From: a virus
IMG/VR virus record: IMGVR_UViG_3300020170_000001
Span: 1 to 64,000 of that record
DNA: 64,000 nucleotides
Strand: one strand, 5' to 3'
The notes beneath the pieces are model-generated. The model had not been told where the DNA came from and searched no databases. It worked only from the letters and a program-made list of their open reading frames with translations. Of the stretch, positions 17,612-27,110 are shown one piece after another. Each line of letters starts with the position of its first letter. Positions within the stretch are counted from its first letter, which is position 1. The position numbers and the translations under genes are program-made.

Positions 17612-17926
17612 CTACTGATCAGGGCGGTGCCGGTTTCGCCGTTTCCGTCCGTCGATCTGGTTGGCGATAGCCCGAAGTTCCTGCGCCATGTCCGCGGGAA
17701 GTCGGACCGCGTCGAAGTCTTTCGGCACCGCGACCAGGGTGTAGCCATAGCCGTTCAGAATGGTCTCGGCCTTGATGAGCGGCGGCTGTCGGTCACCGCG
17801 TTCATAGCTGCCCAGCACGATGGCTGGAGCGCCAACGACCTCCTCTGCGTCGCGCAGCGACAGCCCGGCGGCGATGCGCAGGTCGCGCATCTGCCGGCAG
17901 ATGATGTGGTTCGGTTGCCGAGGCAC
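17612..17926 (-). CDS. XRE-family HTH protein
   Basis: MRDLRIAAGLSLRDA...LGSYERGDRQP. Confidence 0.8.
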   Translation of the reverse strand: MPRQPNHIICRQMRDLRIAAGLSLRDAEEVVGAPAIVLGSYERGDRQPPLIKAETILNGYGYTLVAVPKDFDAVRLPADMAQELRAIANQIDGRKRRNRHRPDQ

Positions 17927-17935
17927 GTTGGCTCC

Positions 17936-18616
17936 CTATTCGATGCTGGCGGTGAATTGCTCCCGCCAGTCGGTGGTTTGTGGTTCCTGTTCATCGTCGG
18001 CGGCCCGGTCGCGCTGGATGGCCCGGAGTGCTTCCTTCGCGTGCATCTCGGCGTGTTGATCTTGGATGGGGCTGTTGTTGCGCAGTAATTTCAGATCACG
18101 TAGGCCGTGGGCGTATTCGAGGTGCGCGATCAGCTGGTAGGTGTCCAGCCGGTGATGGTGTTGGTGGGCGTAGGGGCCGCCGCGCTCGTCCGCGGCGAAC
18201 GCTTCCTGGACCTGCGGGTCTCCGACGCCCTTGCCGACCCGCTCGGCGATCTCCCGCAGCCGGCTCAACTGAGCGCTGAGCTGCACGGTGGAGCGTTCGC
18301 GGGCCTGCGCGGGGGTGATCCCTAGGATGTCCAGGTCGTCTTTGCTCAGGACCATCTGGTCGATGTTGTAGCCGGTGGGCGTGCCGGCGACGACGCGGCC
18401 GGTCACCTCGTGGCCCCTCGCTTCGCGCTTCTTGGCGATCCAGTAGCACTTGTGGTGGTAGCCGCGGACCATCTGGCCGGCCGCGGCGGTCAGCGGACCG
18501 TCGCTCATCATGTAGCCGAACAGCTTGCTAGTGCCGTCGGTCTGCCGATATTCGACGATCATCTTCTGGGCCTCCACCCCGGCGGCGATGTTGCGCTGGC
18601 AACTGGTGCACCGCAT
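17936..18616 (-). CDS. hypothetical protein with Cys/His motifs
   Basis: 226 aa, high GC3. Confidence 0.75.
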   Translation of the reverse strand: MRCTSCQRNIAAGVEAQKMIVEYRQTDGTSKLFGYMMSDGPLTAAAGQMVRGYHHKCYWIAKKREARGHEVTGRVVAGTPTGYNIDQMVLSKDDLDILGITPAQARERSTVQLSAQLSRLREIAERVGKGVGDPQVQEAFAADERGGPYAHQHHHRLDTYQLIAHLEYAHGLRDLKLLRNNSPIQDQHAEMHAKEALRAIQRDRAADDEQEPQTTDWREQFTASIE

Positions 18617-18618
18617 CG

Positions 18619-18849
18619 TCAGCCCTTGCGCTCCGCGTGGAATGCCCGGATGCGAATCTTCTGCCGGTCATCCACCGGCTTACGCCACACGCCGCCTTTT
18701 TCAACAAGACCACGGCCCTCGGCGTCGCATGTGTCGCCGCGGCGGTGAAGGTCGAATGCCGTAATTCCGGAGAATGTCCGGTGGCACGCCCCGCAATGCG
18801 CCCGATTGCTCCCGGACCGAAGCTGAGGACAGTCCGCACTGCACGTCAT
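18619..18849 (-). CDS. FDxHR-type phage Zn-finger protein
   Basis: HCGACHRTFSGITAFDLHR. Confidence 0.75.
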   Translation of the reverse strand: MTCSADCPQLRSGSNRAHCGACHRTFSGITAFDLHRRGDTCDAEGRGLVEKGGVWRKPVDDRQKIRIRAFHAERKG

Positions 18850-19073
18850 GGCAGGATCTCGCGACGGGCAACGACGGGCAACTCCGTCTGATCGAAGTCG
18901 GATGTCCACGGATCACGCCCGTCGAACCGGTCGCTGGCGACGAAGATCTGCAGGGCCTCGGGATCGTCGGTGACCGACAACCGGATGATCGTCACGTCGT
19001 CCGGGATCCTCAAAGCAGCGGCCAATTGTTTCCTACTGAAAACGGCCTTGGCGTTCGCGTTCACGCACCTCAC
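18846..19073 (-). CDS. hypothetical protein
   Basis: Operon overlaps; start uncertain. Confidence 0.6.
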   Translation of the reverse strand: MRCVNANAKAVFSRKQLAAALRIPDDVTIIRLSVTDDPEALQIFVASDRFDGRDPWTSDFDQTELPVVARREILP

Positions 19074-19579
19074 CTATCCAGTGTGCTTTCCCATTGCCGC
19101 GTCCGGATAATTGCCATAACGTCCTGCCGGACGTCGCCCAGGCCGCGGAGTCGCAGCTTGATGGATTCCACTGCCTCATCGCAGAGCCTGGTGTGCAACT
19201 CAGCGCCGCGTTCAAGGCGTCGCAGGTCAAGGACTTCGAGGTTCGCAACCGCAGCACGCTCTCTTGCACTTGAGTACTCATCTCGGACTGCGTGTTGGCG
19301 CTGGCGAACAGCGACCTCGTCCCAAGCGTCGTCGACTTGAATACGCAATACCGTGTGCTTGCGTGCAGCCAGGCCACGTAGTTGAAGCCCGGTCGCGAGA
19401 AGCTCCTCCACTCGGTCCATGCGTGCTCGGACATCCAACAGGCAGTCGAGCAACTCCTTCGAAGAGGCATCAACCCCAGGAAGTTGTGCAGCCATTCGAA
19501 GCCGGACGCACTCATCGACGGATTTGTCCAGGATCTGTCGAAGGTCGACGTCGTCATCGGCGGGTTTCGCTTCGCTCAT
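19070..19579 (-). CDS. helical protein, possibly UvsY-like recombination mediator
   Basis: Coiled-coil pattern; located between polA and the SSB/recA genes. Confidence 0.5.
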   Translation of the reverse strand: MSEAKPADDDVDLRQILDKSVDECVRLRMAAQLPGVDASSKELLDCLLDVRARMDRVEELLATGLQLRGLAARKHTVLRIQVDDAWDEVAVRQRQHAVRDEYSSARERAAVANLEVLDLRRLERGAELHTRLCDEAVESIKLRLRGLGDVRQDVMAIIRTRQWESTLDR

Positions 19580-19896
19580 ACTGCTGCCAGCTGGTTCTTG
19601 ACCGCGGTGATGATCTCGTTGCTGCTGCCGATCAGGACGGCGGTCCGGGCGGTCGCCTTGTCCAGGGGGTAGCCGTAGAACTTCATCTTGTTCAGCAGCA
19701 TCACCTCCGCCTCGTTCTGCAGCAGTTGGTAGCAGACCTTGGTCGGGAGCCGATACTGCAGGTCATCGGGCAGGTCGTTCTCGCGCATCAGCCGCTGAAG
19801 GTCTTCCTCCTCCAGTTCGATGTCGATCTTCTGCCAGGTGTTCGGCTGTGTCTCGCCGGACCATCCCATGCGCACCCGCACGCTGTGTACCCCCAT
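19576..19896 (-). CDS. hypothetical protein
   Basis: 106 aa. Confidence 0.7.
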   Translation of the reverse strand: MGVHSVRVRMGWSGETQPNTWQKIDIELEEEDLQRLMRENDLPDDLQYRLPTKVCYQLLQNEAEVMLLNKMKFYGYPLDKATARTAVLIGSSNEIITAVKNQLAAV

Positions 19897-19934
19897 GTCG
19901 CTGTCGGCTTTACTACGGGTTGATCGTTGGCCGG

Positions 19935-22319
19935 TTACAGGAGGATCTCGCCGAGGGCGTCGGCGGTATACCGGACCCGCACGCCTGGAAAGATCTGGTT
20001 GGCCTGGCCGATGTGCTCCGGCCGCAACCCGGTGACCTCGCTCAGTGTGATCTCGCCCTTGGGGGTGCCGACGGTGACCCGGTTGCCTCCAGGAAGCGAC
20101 CTGGCCAGCCGCAGGAACGCCGACCAGGTGGCGGCCGTGGGCATCTCCGGCAACTCGACGAGGACCTGTCGGGCTTCGACACGGGCGGCCTCGTGCAGGA
20201 CCTCGGGCTTGACCGCCGGCAGAACCTCGACCAGGTCGCCGTCCTCGTCCTCCTCCAAGGCCGGGGCCAGCTCGAAGGCCTTCTCGCCCTTAACGTTCAA
20301 CGTGCCGTCGTCCTGCACCTCGATCTCGGTCGGACTGCCCCAGCGGCGGGCGATATGCCAGTCGGCCTTCATCTGCGGCCAGCCCGGAATGGGGAAGATG
20401 ACGGCTGGTTGCAGAATGGCAACCGCGTCCTGCGGCTCCACGCTCGCGCGGACGTAGAACTCCAGCGCATCGTGGATGTTCATGACCAGTTGGATCTTGT
20501 CTTTCAGGCCTGCTTCCTTGATGGCCGCGACCGCCCGGACCATGGCAATCTTCATGGCGTCGCCGGTGGCTGCTCCCTGGATCGGGTAGTTGACGCAGGC
20601 CCGGTCGCCCTTCTGGTAGATCCAGCGTTTGTCGCTCCGGTACTCCCAAATCGGCAGGCGGCGGCCGAATTTGCTGGTCACGTAGCCGTAGGTCTTGCCG
20701 TGCTCGATCTGTTTCTTCGACCAGGCGGCGATGTTGGGGAGGCCGGCGAAGTACTTGTCCATCAATGCCTGGGCCTCTTCGATGGGAATGCCGAGCCGGT
20801 CGGCGAGCGACTTCACGCCCATGCCGTAGCCCAGCGCAAAGTTGAGCGTTTTTCCAATGTCTCGTTGGTCCTTGTTGACCGCTTCGATCGGTATGCCGAG
20901 CATCAACGCTGCAGTTCGCTTGTGGACGTCCTCGCCGTTGGCGAACGCCTCCAGCAACGCCGTCTCCTGCGCCTCTCCAGCGATGGCGCGCAGCTCGGCT
21001 TGAGACAGGTCGAAGCCGAGGATGTAGTGGTCAGGCGGCGCGATGATGCAATCGCGGAAGTTGAACCTGAAACAGGTCCCAGACGGCGGGGTTTCTCCCG
21101 CCTCGTGGGCGGCCCTACCCGCGGCAAGGTCGTAGTGATATTTCTTCGGACTTTGCTGATAAGCAGGATCCCCGACTGCGAATCGTCCGGTGATGACGAA
21201 GGCGGACAGGTGGTTGGGGTGGGCCCGGCCGTCGTCGGCGTAGTTGTAAAGGTCCTCGTAGCGGTCCAGGTAGGTGCCGAGCAGCCGGGTGATCTGTTTC
21301 CACTCGCGGATCTTCTGGACGACCGGATAGGTCTTCGCGAGCCGCTCCAGGGCGATCTTTCCGGTGGACATCTTGCGCTGTTCGGGAGGCAGATCGCGGG
21401 TCTTGTCGGTGTAGACGGTGGTTCGGTAGCCGAGCTTTTCGAACAGCACGCGGGAGATGGCCGGCGGGCTGGCGAGGCTGATCGCGACGGGCTCGCCGAC
21501 GAGATCAGAGAGCTCCGCCATGATCTGGGCGTTGAACTTGTCGCGGAAGGCCCGCAGTTCGTCGGCGGTGCGCCGCATGCGGGCCCAGTCGTAAAGGACG
21601 CCGACGTCTTCCATAGACGGAATGACGTCCTGGACGATGCCGAGCTCCACCTTGTAGAGCAGCTGATCTTTCACAGTCGGGTAGTACCGACGATGGATCG
21701 CAAGGCACCAGACGGAGTCTTCGCAGGCGTATTCGATGACCCTGGGCTCTAGCGGCAGCACGTTGAACCGCAGGAACTTTCGCTTGTTCTTCGCTAGATC
21801 GGGGAACAGGTCGAACAGCTCGGTCATGGTGTGCCCGAACAGTTCCTTGGTCAGGTACTTCAGGCCGAAGCGTTGATACTCGGCGGCCAGGTAGGCCTCG
21901 ACCTGGGTGTCCGAACGGATCGGGAAGTATCCGTTGCCGGCGCGTACTGCTTCGCCGTAGTCGGGATCGTCCCAGAGGTGAATGCGAAACCACTTCGCGA
22001 GGTGGCGGAGTTCGAAGGCGGCGTTGTGGGCGACGCCCATTCCCGTGGCGAGAAGGACCCAGAAGATGCGGGCCGCCTGGTTGTTGTCGAGATTCTCCGC
22101 GTCGTCGTGCCCCAGCGGAACGTATCGAGCCCAGTCGGTGGAGTCGGTGAAGCTGATCCCCGCAATGAAAGCGGTTTCGGGGTGTACCGCGCCCTTTTCC
22201 CGGTCCGGTCCGTGATAGCCGGTCTCGATGTCGTAGCCGAAGACGTTCCCGTGGATGCGTTGAGTGAGCTCGGCCAACTCGTCGAGGTCGGTGACCAGCC
22301 CGTAATTCCTGATGCTCAC
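19935..22319 (-). CDS. polA: family A DNA polymerase with 3'-5' exonuclease
   Basis: YDIET, HNAAFE, YACED; TGRF; DLSQAELR; GKTLNFALGYG; NYPIQG; IHDAL. Confidence 0.95.
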   Translation of the reverse strand: MSIRNYGLVTDLDELAELTQRIHGNVFGYDIETGYHGPDREKGAVHPETAFIAGISFTDSTDWARYVPLGHDDAENLDNNQAARIFWVLLATGMGVAHNAAFELRHLAKWFRIHLWDDPDYGEAVRAGNGYFPIRSDTQVEAYLAAEYQRFGLKYLTKELFGHTMTELFDLFPDLAKNKRKFLRFNVLPLEPRVIEYACEDSVWCLAIHRRYYPTVKDQLLYKVELGIVQDVIPSMEDVGVLYDWARMRRTADELRAFRDKFNAQIMAELSDLVGEPVAISLASPPAISRVLFEKLGYRTTVYTDKTRDLPPEQRKMSTGKIALERLAKTYPVVQKIREWKQITRLLGTYLDRYEDLYNYADDGRAHPNHLSAFVITGRFAVGDPAYQQSPKKYHYDLAAGRAAHEAGETPPSGTCFRFNFRDCIIAPPDHYILGFDLSQAELRAIAGEAQETALLEAFANGEDVHKRTAALMLGIPIEAVNKDQRDIGKTLNFALGYGMGVKSLADRLGIPIEEAQALMDKYFAGLPNIAAWSKKQIEHGKTYGYVTSKFGRRLPIWEYRSDKRWIYQKGDRACVNYPIQGAATGDAMKIAMVRAVAAIKEAGLKDKIQLVMNIHDALEFYVRASVEPQDAVAILQPAVIFPIPGWPQMKADWHIARRWGSPTEIEVQDDGTLNVKGEKAFELAPALEEDEDGDLVEVLPAVKPEVLHEAARVEARQVLVELPEMPTAATWSAFLRLARSLPGGNRVTVGTPKGEITLSEVTGLRPEHIGQANQIFPGVRVRYTADALGEILL

Positions 22320-22374
22320 AGGGTCTCTACCGAGCAGACCGGGACTGGATCAGCCAATCACCCGATCGCGCCTA

Positions 22375-22453
22375 CTTCACACAATCACTTGCCATGTGTG
22401 AAGCTGCTTCACTGATCACTTGCCATGTCGTGAAGTGTCGTGTGAAGCTGCTT
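22375..22453. repeat. tandem/palindromic repeats between divergent genes
   Basis: CTTCAC..ATCACTTGCCATGT(C)GTGAAG x2; TGTGAAGCTGCTT x2. Confidence 0.75.
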
Positions 22454-22492
22454 GGCGACACTCCCCTTGCCGACACCCCTGGCGGTCGAGCC

Positions 22493-22750
22493 GTGAGCAC
22501 CGAGGCGTACGTTCCTGAGCTGCCGCCCTGCGACCTGCACCATCTCCAGCGCAACACGACCGTGCCCGCCAAGTTCGACGGTAAGACCCGGCAGGGCCCG
22601 TGGGCCTACATGTGCGAGGCGTGCTTCGCCGTCCACGGCGTCGGCCTGGGCCTCGGGCGCGGGCAGCGCCTCATCGTCGGCACCCGACCCGCCCCAGACG
22701 CCACCCCGGACACCGGCACGGCTGCCGACGACAACCGTTACCTGGACTGA
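22493..22750 (+). CDS. small Cys-containing phage protein
   Basis: PCD...AKFDGKT..GPWAYMCEACF..HG.GLG.GRGQRL. Confidence 0.7.
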   Translation: MSTEAYVPELPPCDLHHLQRNTTVPAKFDGKTRQGPWAYMCEACFAVHGVGLGLGRGQRLIVGTRPAPDATPDTGTAADDNRYLD

Positions 22751-22852
22751 CCAATCCCAACCGCACATGGCGGCTGCCGTACTTAGAGGGCGGGATGGGA
22801 CGCTTTGAGGATTGGTCCCCGAGGCCCCCGAAGCGACGGTGGCCTGGTCAGT

Positions 22853-23350
22853 TCAGCGAGGGTCTCGGGGACCGCCTGATTCATCGGTCGGCGCGTCGAC
22901 GAAGGTGACCAAGTGCGGGGCCCGCTCGTAGAGTCGGGAGATCTGCCGGACCAGCCGCCGCCCGCGCCAGTTCAAGTCGTCGTAGGTGCACCACCAGGTG
23001 CCTGGTCGGGTGTGCGAGGTCCGGTAGAAGCGGTCGCTCGTGCCGAGCAGCATGGCGGCCAGCAGGGGCCGGGCCGCAAGGTTGTCGTCATACACCGTCG
23101 AGAACTGCGGGCTCACGACCGTCCGGGGATGGCAGTAGGCGGCGAGAACGTGATCGGCGTTCTCGGCGTGAATGAACCAGTCGGGGTGGCTGTCCTCGCG
23201 CTTGAGCAGCGACACACCCTGGTCGCGTACGGCGCGGCCGTAATCCACCAGCCAATAGGCGTACACGTAAGTCTGCCGGCCGTCAGCAATCTCGGCGTGC
23301 TGCTCAGATCGGCTCAGCCGGTGCCAGTCGATGTATCCCGTGTGGGTCAT
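22853..23350 (-). CDS. hypothetical protein
   Basis: 165 aa. Confidence 0.65.
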   Translation of the reverse strand: MTHTGYIDWHRLSRSEQHAEIADGRQTYVYAYWLVDYGRAVRDQGVSLLKREDSHPDWFIHAENADHVLAAYCHPRTVVSPQFSTVYDDNLAARPLLAAMLLGTSDRFYRTSHTRPGTWWCTYDDLNWRGRRLVRQISRLYERAPHLVTFVDAPTDESGGPRDPR

Positions 23351-23428
23351 GCTGCCCCCGTCGAGCGGTGCGCGTCCCCCGGGTTGCGGCCCTGCGCTCT
23401 GGGACCAAGCGTATTCGAGGTCGGGGGC

Positions 23429-23707
23429 TTACTGGGCGGCGGCTTCGAGTACCTTGCGGCAGGCGAGCCGGTAGTAGGGCCCAACGGCCGGGTGCCGGTA
23501 GAGCGGCGTTCCACAGATGCATTCCTTCGGCGGGCTCATCCGGGTGATCTCCACCCGGGCCGCGCTCGCGACCAACCAGTCCGAGCCAGCTGCTGCGGCG
23601 AATATGGTTTCGGCCGCCGCCAGGTTCGCCAACTCGCTCGTGGTGGCCCGTGATGCGACAGGAGTCTGTTGTTCGGTGACGGGCCCGGCAGGTTCGATGA
23701 TGTCCAT
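23429..23707 (-). CDS. hypothetical protein (leaderless)
   Basis: TTGCAC-N17-CATGAT just upstream of the ATG. Confidence 0.6.
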   Translation of the reverse strand: MDIIEPAGPVTEQQTPVASRATTSELANLAAAETIFAAAAGSDWLVASAARVEITRMSPPKECICGTPLYRHPAVGPYYRLACRKVLEAAAQ

Positions 23708-24011
23708 GCGAAGTATCATGCATGGCTGGCTTGACCAGTGCAAACGCACTATCCACAGTGGAGCCTTCTCGGCGCTGGGGTGCTACGTGCGCGAGCAGCC
23801 GGCGAACGGCGCAGTGCAGCCGGCTCGGGTGTTTCTTACGTGCGCGAGTGCACGTACCGGTGCGGGCTGCCCGTCGACGGACCGGTCTCCGCCCGGCCAG
23901 GTAACGATTGCATAACGGCTAGTGGCGGGTGGGCCGACAGGCGGCCACGGCGTGCGCCCGGCGGAGCGGTGCGCGTGGGGCCGCATGCCCCCGGTTTGCG
24001 GCCCCACGCTG

Positions 24012-24097
24012 TGGGGATGGCCGGACTCGAACCGGCAATCTCTGCGATTTTCCAGCGCTAGTCAGTCGCAACACTCTGTCCTTTGAGCTACACCCCC
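24012..24097 (-). tRNA. atypical tRNA-like gene with enlarged anticodon arm (identity undetermined)
   Basis: Acceptor GGGGGTG/CATCCCC, D-arm GCTC/GAGT, T-arm GCCGG-TTCGAGT-CCGGC, 18-nt anticodon loop. Confidence 0.7.
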
Positions 24098-24143
24098 GAT
24101 GCGCGCAGGACGGGAGCAGTCGGAAGCCGTCCTGCGCGCATCG
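24097..24143. terminator. perfect 17-bp hairpin abutting the tRNA 5' end
   Basis: CGATGCGCGCAGGACGG / CCGTCCTGCGCGCATCG. Confidence 0.6.
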
Positions 24144-24177
24144 TCTTTACCCGCCGGCTTGCTTGCGGATACAGCCG

Positions 24178-24480
24178 TCACCCGTTCGGGTCGAGATGCT
24201 CGTGGTTCGGGCAGAGGTGCAAGTTCCAGGCGATATCCAGCCAGCTCCGGTCGAGCTTCCCATTCACCCACCAGTCGTAGCTCTCGTGCCCGATGGTGCT
24301 GTGGGCGATCACGGCGTCGATGAGGTCGCTGGTTGTCAGATCCGAGAGGACGGCGCAGGCTGCACAGCATTCCGTACAACAGCCAAAGTTAAATTTGCCT
24401 TCGAGCAGGTCCTGCTTATGCGGCAGGTTGTTGATGGCGGCGATGACCAGCGCAGCTTGTTGTTCAGGCGTCAGCATCAC
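24178..24480 (-). CDS. Cys-rich hypothetical protein
   Basis: CCTECCAAC. Confidence 0.65.
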   Translation of the reverse strand: MMLTPEQQAALVIAAINNLPHKQDLLEGKFNFGCCTECCAACAVLSDLTTSDLIDAVIAHSTIGHESYDWWVNGKLDRSWLDIAWNLHLCPNHEHLDPNG

Positions 24481-24658
24481 GACTTCCTTGTACGAGAACC
24501 AGCAGGTAGAGCAGCTGAACGATCCGCCACACCCCGAGCGCGGTGATGCCGGCGAGTCCGACCAAGATGCCCTGCTCGGCCCGGACGTAGCCGGCCACGC
24601 TCGCCAGCGCGAGGATGTATAGGAACTCCCACCAGCGCAGCGCCGCGGTGACCTTCAC
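24464..24658 (-). CDS. small membrane protein
   Basis: Two hydrophobic helices. Confidence 0.6.
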   Translation of the reverse strand: MKVTAALRWWEFLYILALASVAGYVRAEQGILVGLAGITALGVWRIVQLLYLLVLVQGSRDADA

Positions 24659-24861
24659 GGAGCCTCCTCGGGCTCGGGCTCGGGCGAGCTCATCAGCATC
24701 CACTGGGACCTGAGCAGCCCGTCGAGCCGCTGCAGGAGGCTATGGCCGGCGAGACACTCGTCGCCGTCCAGGTCCAGGATGTAATGGCGGGGATTGCGAC
24801 CCTCCAGGCCGGCGAGGAACATGCAGGCCAGCTTTTCTTTCGTCTCCCGCGCGATATTCAT
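24655..24861 (-). CDS. hypothetical protein
   Basis: 4-bp overlaps with neighbours. Confidence 0.55.
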   Translation of the reverse strand: MNIARETKEKLACMFLAGLEGRNPRHYILDLDGDECLAGHSLLQRLDGLLRSQWMLMSSPEPEPEEAP

Positions 24862-25112
24862 GCCGCGGTCTCGGTCGGCACCGGCCACAACGCCCGCACC
24901 CGGTCGATCTCGTCCTGGATCTCTTCGATGATCTTCTTCGCCATGGTGTGCAGCTTGACGGTGATGATCGCCGCGATCAGCGCCGGGTCGAGCTTCGCGA
25001 GTTGGTGGCCGCGCACGACGATGATGTACTCATCCGGAGCCCAGCCTCGCCGTTCGGCGTACCGGCGGGCGATCCGGTGCGGACCTGCGATGACACGGTA
25101 TTGACGGTTCAT
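24858..25112 (-). CDS. hypothetical protein
   Basis: AAGGAGG RBS. Confidence 0.7.
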   Translation of the reverse strand: MNRQYRVIAGPHRIARRYAERRGWAPDEYIIVVRGHQLAKLDPALIAAIITVKLHTMAKKIIEEIQDEIDRVRALWPVPTETAA

Positions 25113-25372
25113 CGTTCCTCCTTGAACGTACCCCGGGGCCAGACGACCGGCTCACCGACCGGCTCATGATTGCGAAACTGCTGTCGATACATCAGGCCAT
25201 CCTCGCCGCGGGCTATGCGCGAGAAGTTGCCGTGCACGACGATATCGTCGATCCGGCGGTCTATTTCGGCGGAGAAGTGCTTGCAGCCGCACGGACAGGC
25301 CCAGGCGTCCAGGACGCTCGCGCTGGGCGTGGAGTGCACCGGGCAGCGAGGTACCTCCTCCTGGCCGGTCAT
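25109..25372 (-). CDS. Cys-containing hypothetical protein
   Basis: CPVH...CPCGC. Confidence 0.6.
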   Translation of the reverse strand: MTGQEEVPRCPVHSTPSASVLDAWACPCGCKHFSAEIDRRIDDIVVHGNFSRIARGEDGLMYRQQFRNHEPVGEPVVWPRGTFKEER

Positions 25373-25530
25373 GCCAGGGCTCCGGCACCGGGACACCAGA
25401 ACTTCAAGATCTGATTCCCGCGAGCCAGCCGATATCCAGCGCGGGCGGATACCGGAATCTGCATCTGCCAGGGGTGCGGGTCGTGCTGGTGGCCGTCCCT
25501 ACAGGATCGGCGTTTCTCCTTCTGCGCCAT
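25369..25530 (-). CDS. small hypothetical protein
   Basis: GGAGG RBS; C..H.H...WCPG. Confidence 0.55.
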   Translation of the reverse strand: MAQKEKRRSCRDGHQHDPHPWQMQIPVSARAGYRLARGNQILKFWCPGAGALA

Positions 25531-25777
25531 CGCTGTTTTCCTCCGCCTTGACATCGTGATACTCGTGGCAGTGGTACCGATTCAATGCACCCGGGTTGCG
25601 GTCTTCCCAGGCCTGCGGTGTCCGACCGGTCAGCGTGACCAAGAGCAGCGGACACTCCCGCTCGTGGACGCATTCCTCGCACCAGATCGCCGACCACGAC
25701 TCGAATTCGTATCCGTCGGCGAACGGGATTCTCTTTTCGGCCCTAGCAAGCTCGTCAACGAAACTCAGTAGAGCCAT
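25499..25777 (-). CDS. Cys-containing hypothetical protein
   Basis: PF.DGYE...WCEEC...CPLL. Confidence 0.65.
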   Translation of the reverse strand: MALLSFVDELARAEKRIPFADGYEFESWSAIWCEECVHERECPLLLVTLTGRTPQAWEDRNPGALNRYHCHEYHDVKAEENSDGAEGETPIL

Positions 25778-26235
25778 GGTCGCCTCCGCGCGTCCAGCCG
25801 GGCGATTGTCCAGCGTGGTCGGAAGGCCCGCTCGGCGATGGCTGACCAGGACCAGCCCACCTTCTGGTGCTCTTGCAGGAACGCGAGCAGGGCGACGCCG
25901 CGCCGGTCGATCCGGGTCAGCGCAATATTGCGGGATCGGGCGATCTTCACGCCCGGGTGCAGGACCTCGCCGATCTCGTACTCGGTGTCCAGGTCCTTGA
26001 GCACGTCAACCGGGTAGCCCAGTTCGACCAGCACGGTGGCGGCCAGCCCGGTTGCCGCGCCGTCGCGGAAGTACCGCGGGAACCGGCAGCCTTTGCTCCC
26101 GCACAGCTTGCTCCATGCGCAGACCGGCTCGGGGTCCTCGATCAGGTCGGGCCGGTGAAAGGTGACCAGGTTCAGTGCGCCGTGCACCATGTCCACGGTG
26201 ATCTGTTGTCGGCGCAGCAGGGTGTCATCGGACAC
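25765..26235 (-). CDS. hypothetical protein
   Basis: 156 aa. Confidence 0.65.
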   Translation of the reverse strand: MSDDTLLRRQQITVDMVHGALNLVTFHRPDLIEDPEPVCAWSKLCGSKGCRFPRYFRDGAATGLAATVLVELGYPVDVLKDLDTEYEIGEVLHPGVKIARSRNIALTRIDRRGVALLAFLQEHQKVGWSWSAIAERAFRPRWTIARLDARRRPWLY

Positions 26236-26488
26236 GGAGGTCTCCTCGCAGCGCGGCCTTGCGCAGCCACGCCAGTTGCAGCACGAGTTGGCGGGCCCCC
26301 TCGAAACTGGAGCAGCGCATCAGCGGCTCGTAGCGGCCGTCGTTGGTCCAGCGCCAGATCCGCCACGGGAACTGCTCGTTTTGCTCCTTCCGAATCCGCC
26401 ACACCGGCCAAATGAGGAAGCAGTCACAGGTGTCCCACTCGCCGGTCGTCCAGACCTGGCACATCGCGGGATGAATAAGTGCGTTCAA
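26225..26488 (-). CDS. Trp-rich hypothetical protein
   Basis: 87 aa. Confidence 0.6.
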   Translation of the reverse strand: MNALIHPAMCQVWTTGEWDTCDCFLIWPVWRIRKEQNEQFPWRIWRWTNDGRYEPLMRCSSFEGARQLVLQLAWLRKAALRGDLRVR

Positions 26489-26910
26489 CTCTTTACCGTT
26501 CTCGAAAATAACTGGGCACGAACATCTTCGGTTCGCGCCAGATCAGTAAGCCCTGCCGCGACCAGGCACACCGTCAGGTCCCGCTTCAGCGAGATCTCCG
26601 TGACGTCTCCGGTGATCCACGTGGAGGTCTTCCTGTCCCCGCCGGTCCACGCCTCGATGTGGGTGCTGCCGTTGGAGCAGAAGTCGACGTGGAACCCGCA
26701 GTTGCGGCCTCCGACGAACCAGACCGCGCCGCGCCGGATCCGGTCCCCGCCCTGGTCCTCGAAGTGTTCCCGCGGCAGCAGGGTGGGGCCGACTTCCAGT
26801 CGCGGTTCGCCCAGCCCCAGCATGGGAATCTTCATGGAGATGACGTCGAACATCGGGCTGAGGCTGGCGACCCAGCGCAGGGCCTTCGCCCGGCGGGCTC
26901 GGGAGATCAA
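26485..26910 (-). CDS. hypothetical protein
   Basis: TTG start overlapping the upstream stop. Confidence 0.6.
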   Translation of the reverse strand: MISRARRAKALRWVASLSPMFDVISMKIPMLGLGEPRLEVGPTLLPREHFEDQGGDRIRRGAVWFVGGRNCGFHVDFCSNGSTHIEAWTGGDRKTSTWITGDVTEISLKRDLTVCLVAAGLTDLARTEDVRAQLFSRTVKS

Positions 26911-27110
26911 CGTTCTTCCTCGACCCGCATGACGACCCGGAAGATCCGCGGCGTCACGTTCCGGCCCTCGAAGCGATACCGGCTCCCACCAAGATTGACG
27001 ATCTTGTACTGGGTGTCGTGCTTCGCATCGTATTCCGTGTAGCCGGGCAACCACTCCTGCAACGTGTCGTCGACGATCTCGGACACTTCCCCGACGGTTA
27101 ATTCCTTCAC
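26907..27110 (-). CDS. hypothetical protein
   Basis: 67 aa. Confidence 0.6.
   Translation of the reverse strand: MKELTVGEVSEIVDDTLQEWLPGYTEYDAKHDTQYKIVNLGGSRYRFEGRNVTPRIFRVVMRVEEER

Noticed and set aside
19848-21752. 634-aa + strand ORF
   Set aside because: Antisense shadow of polA caused by high-GC codon bias; no motifs.
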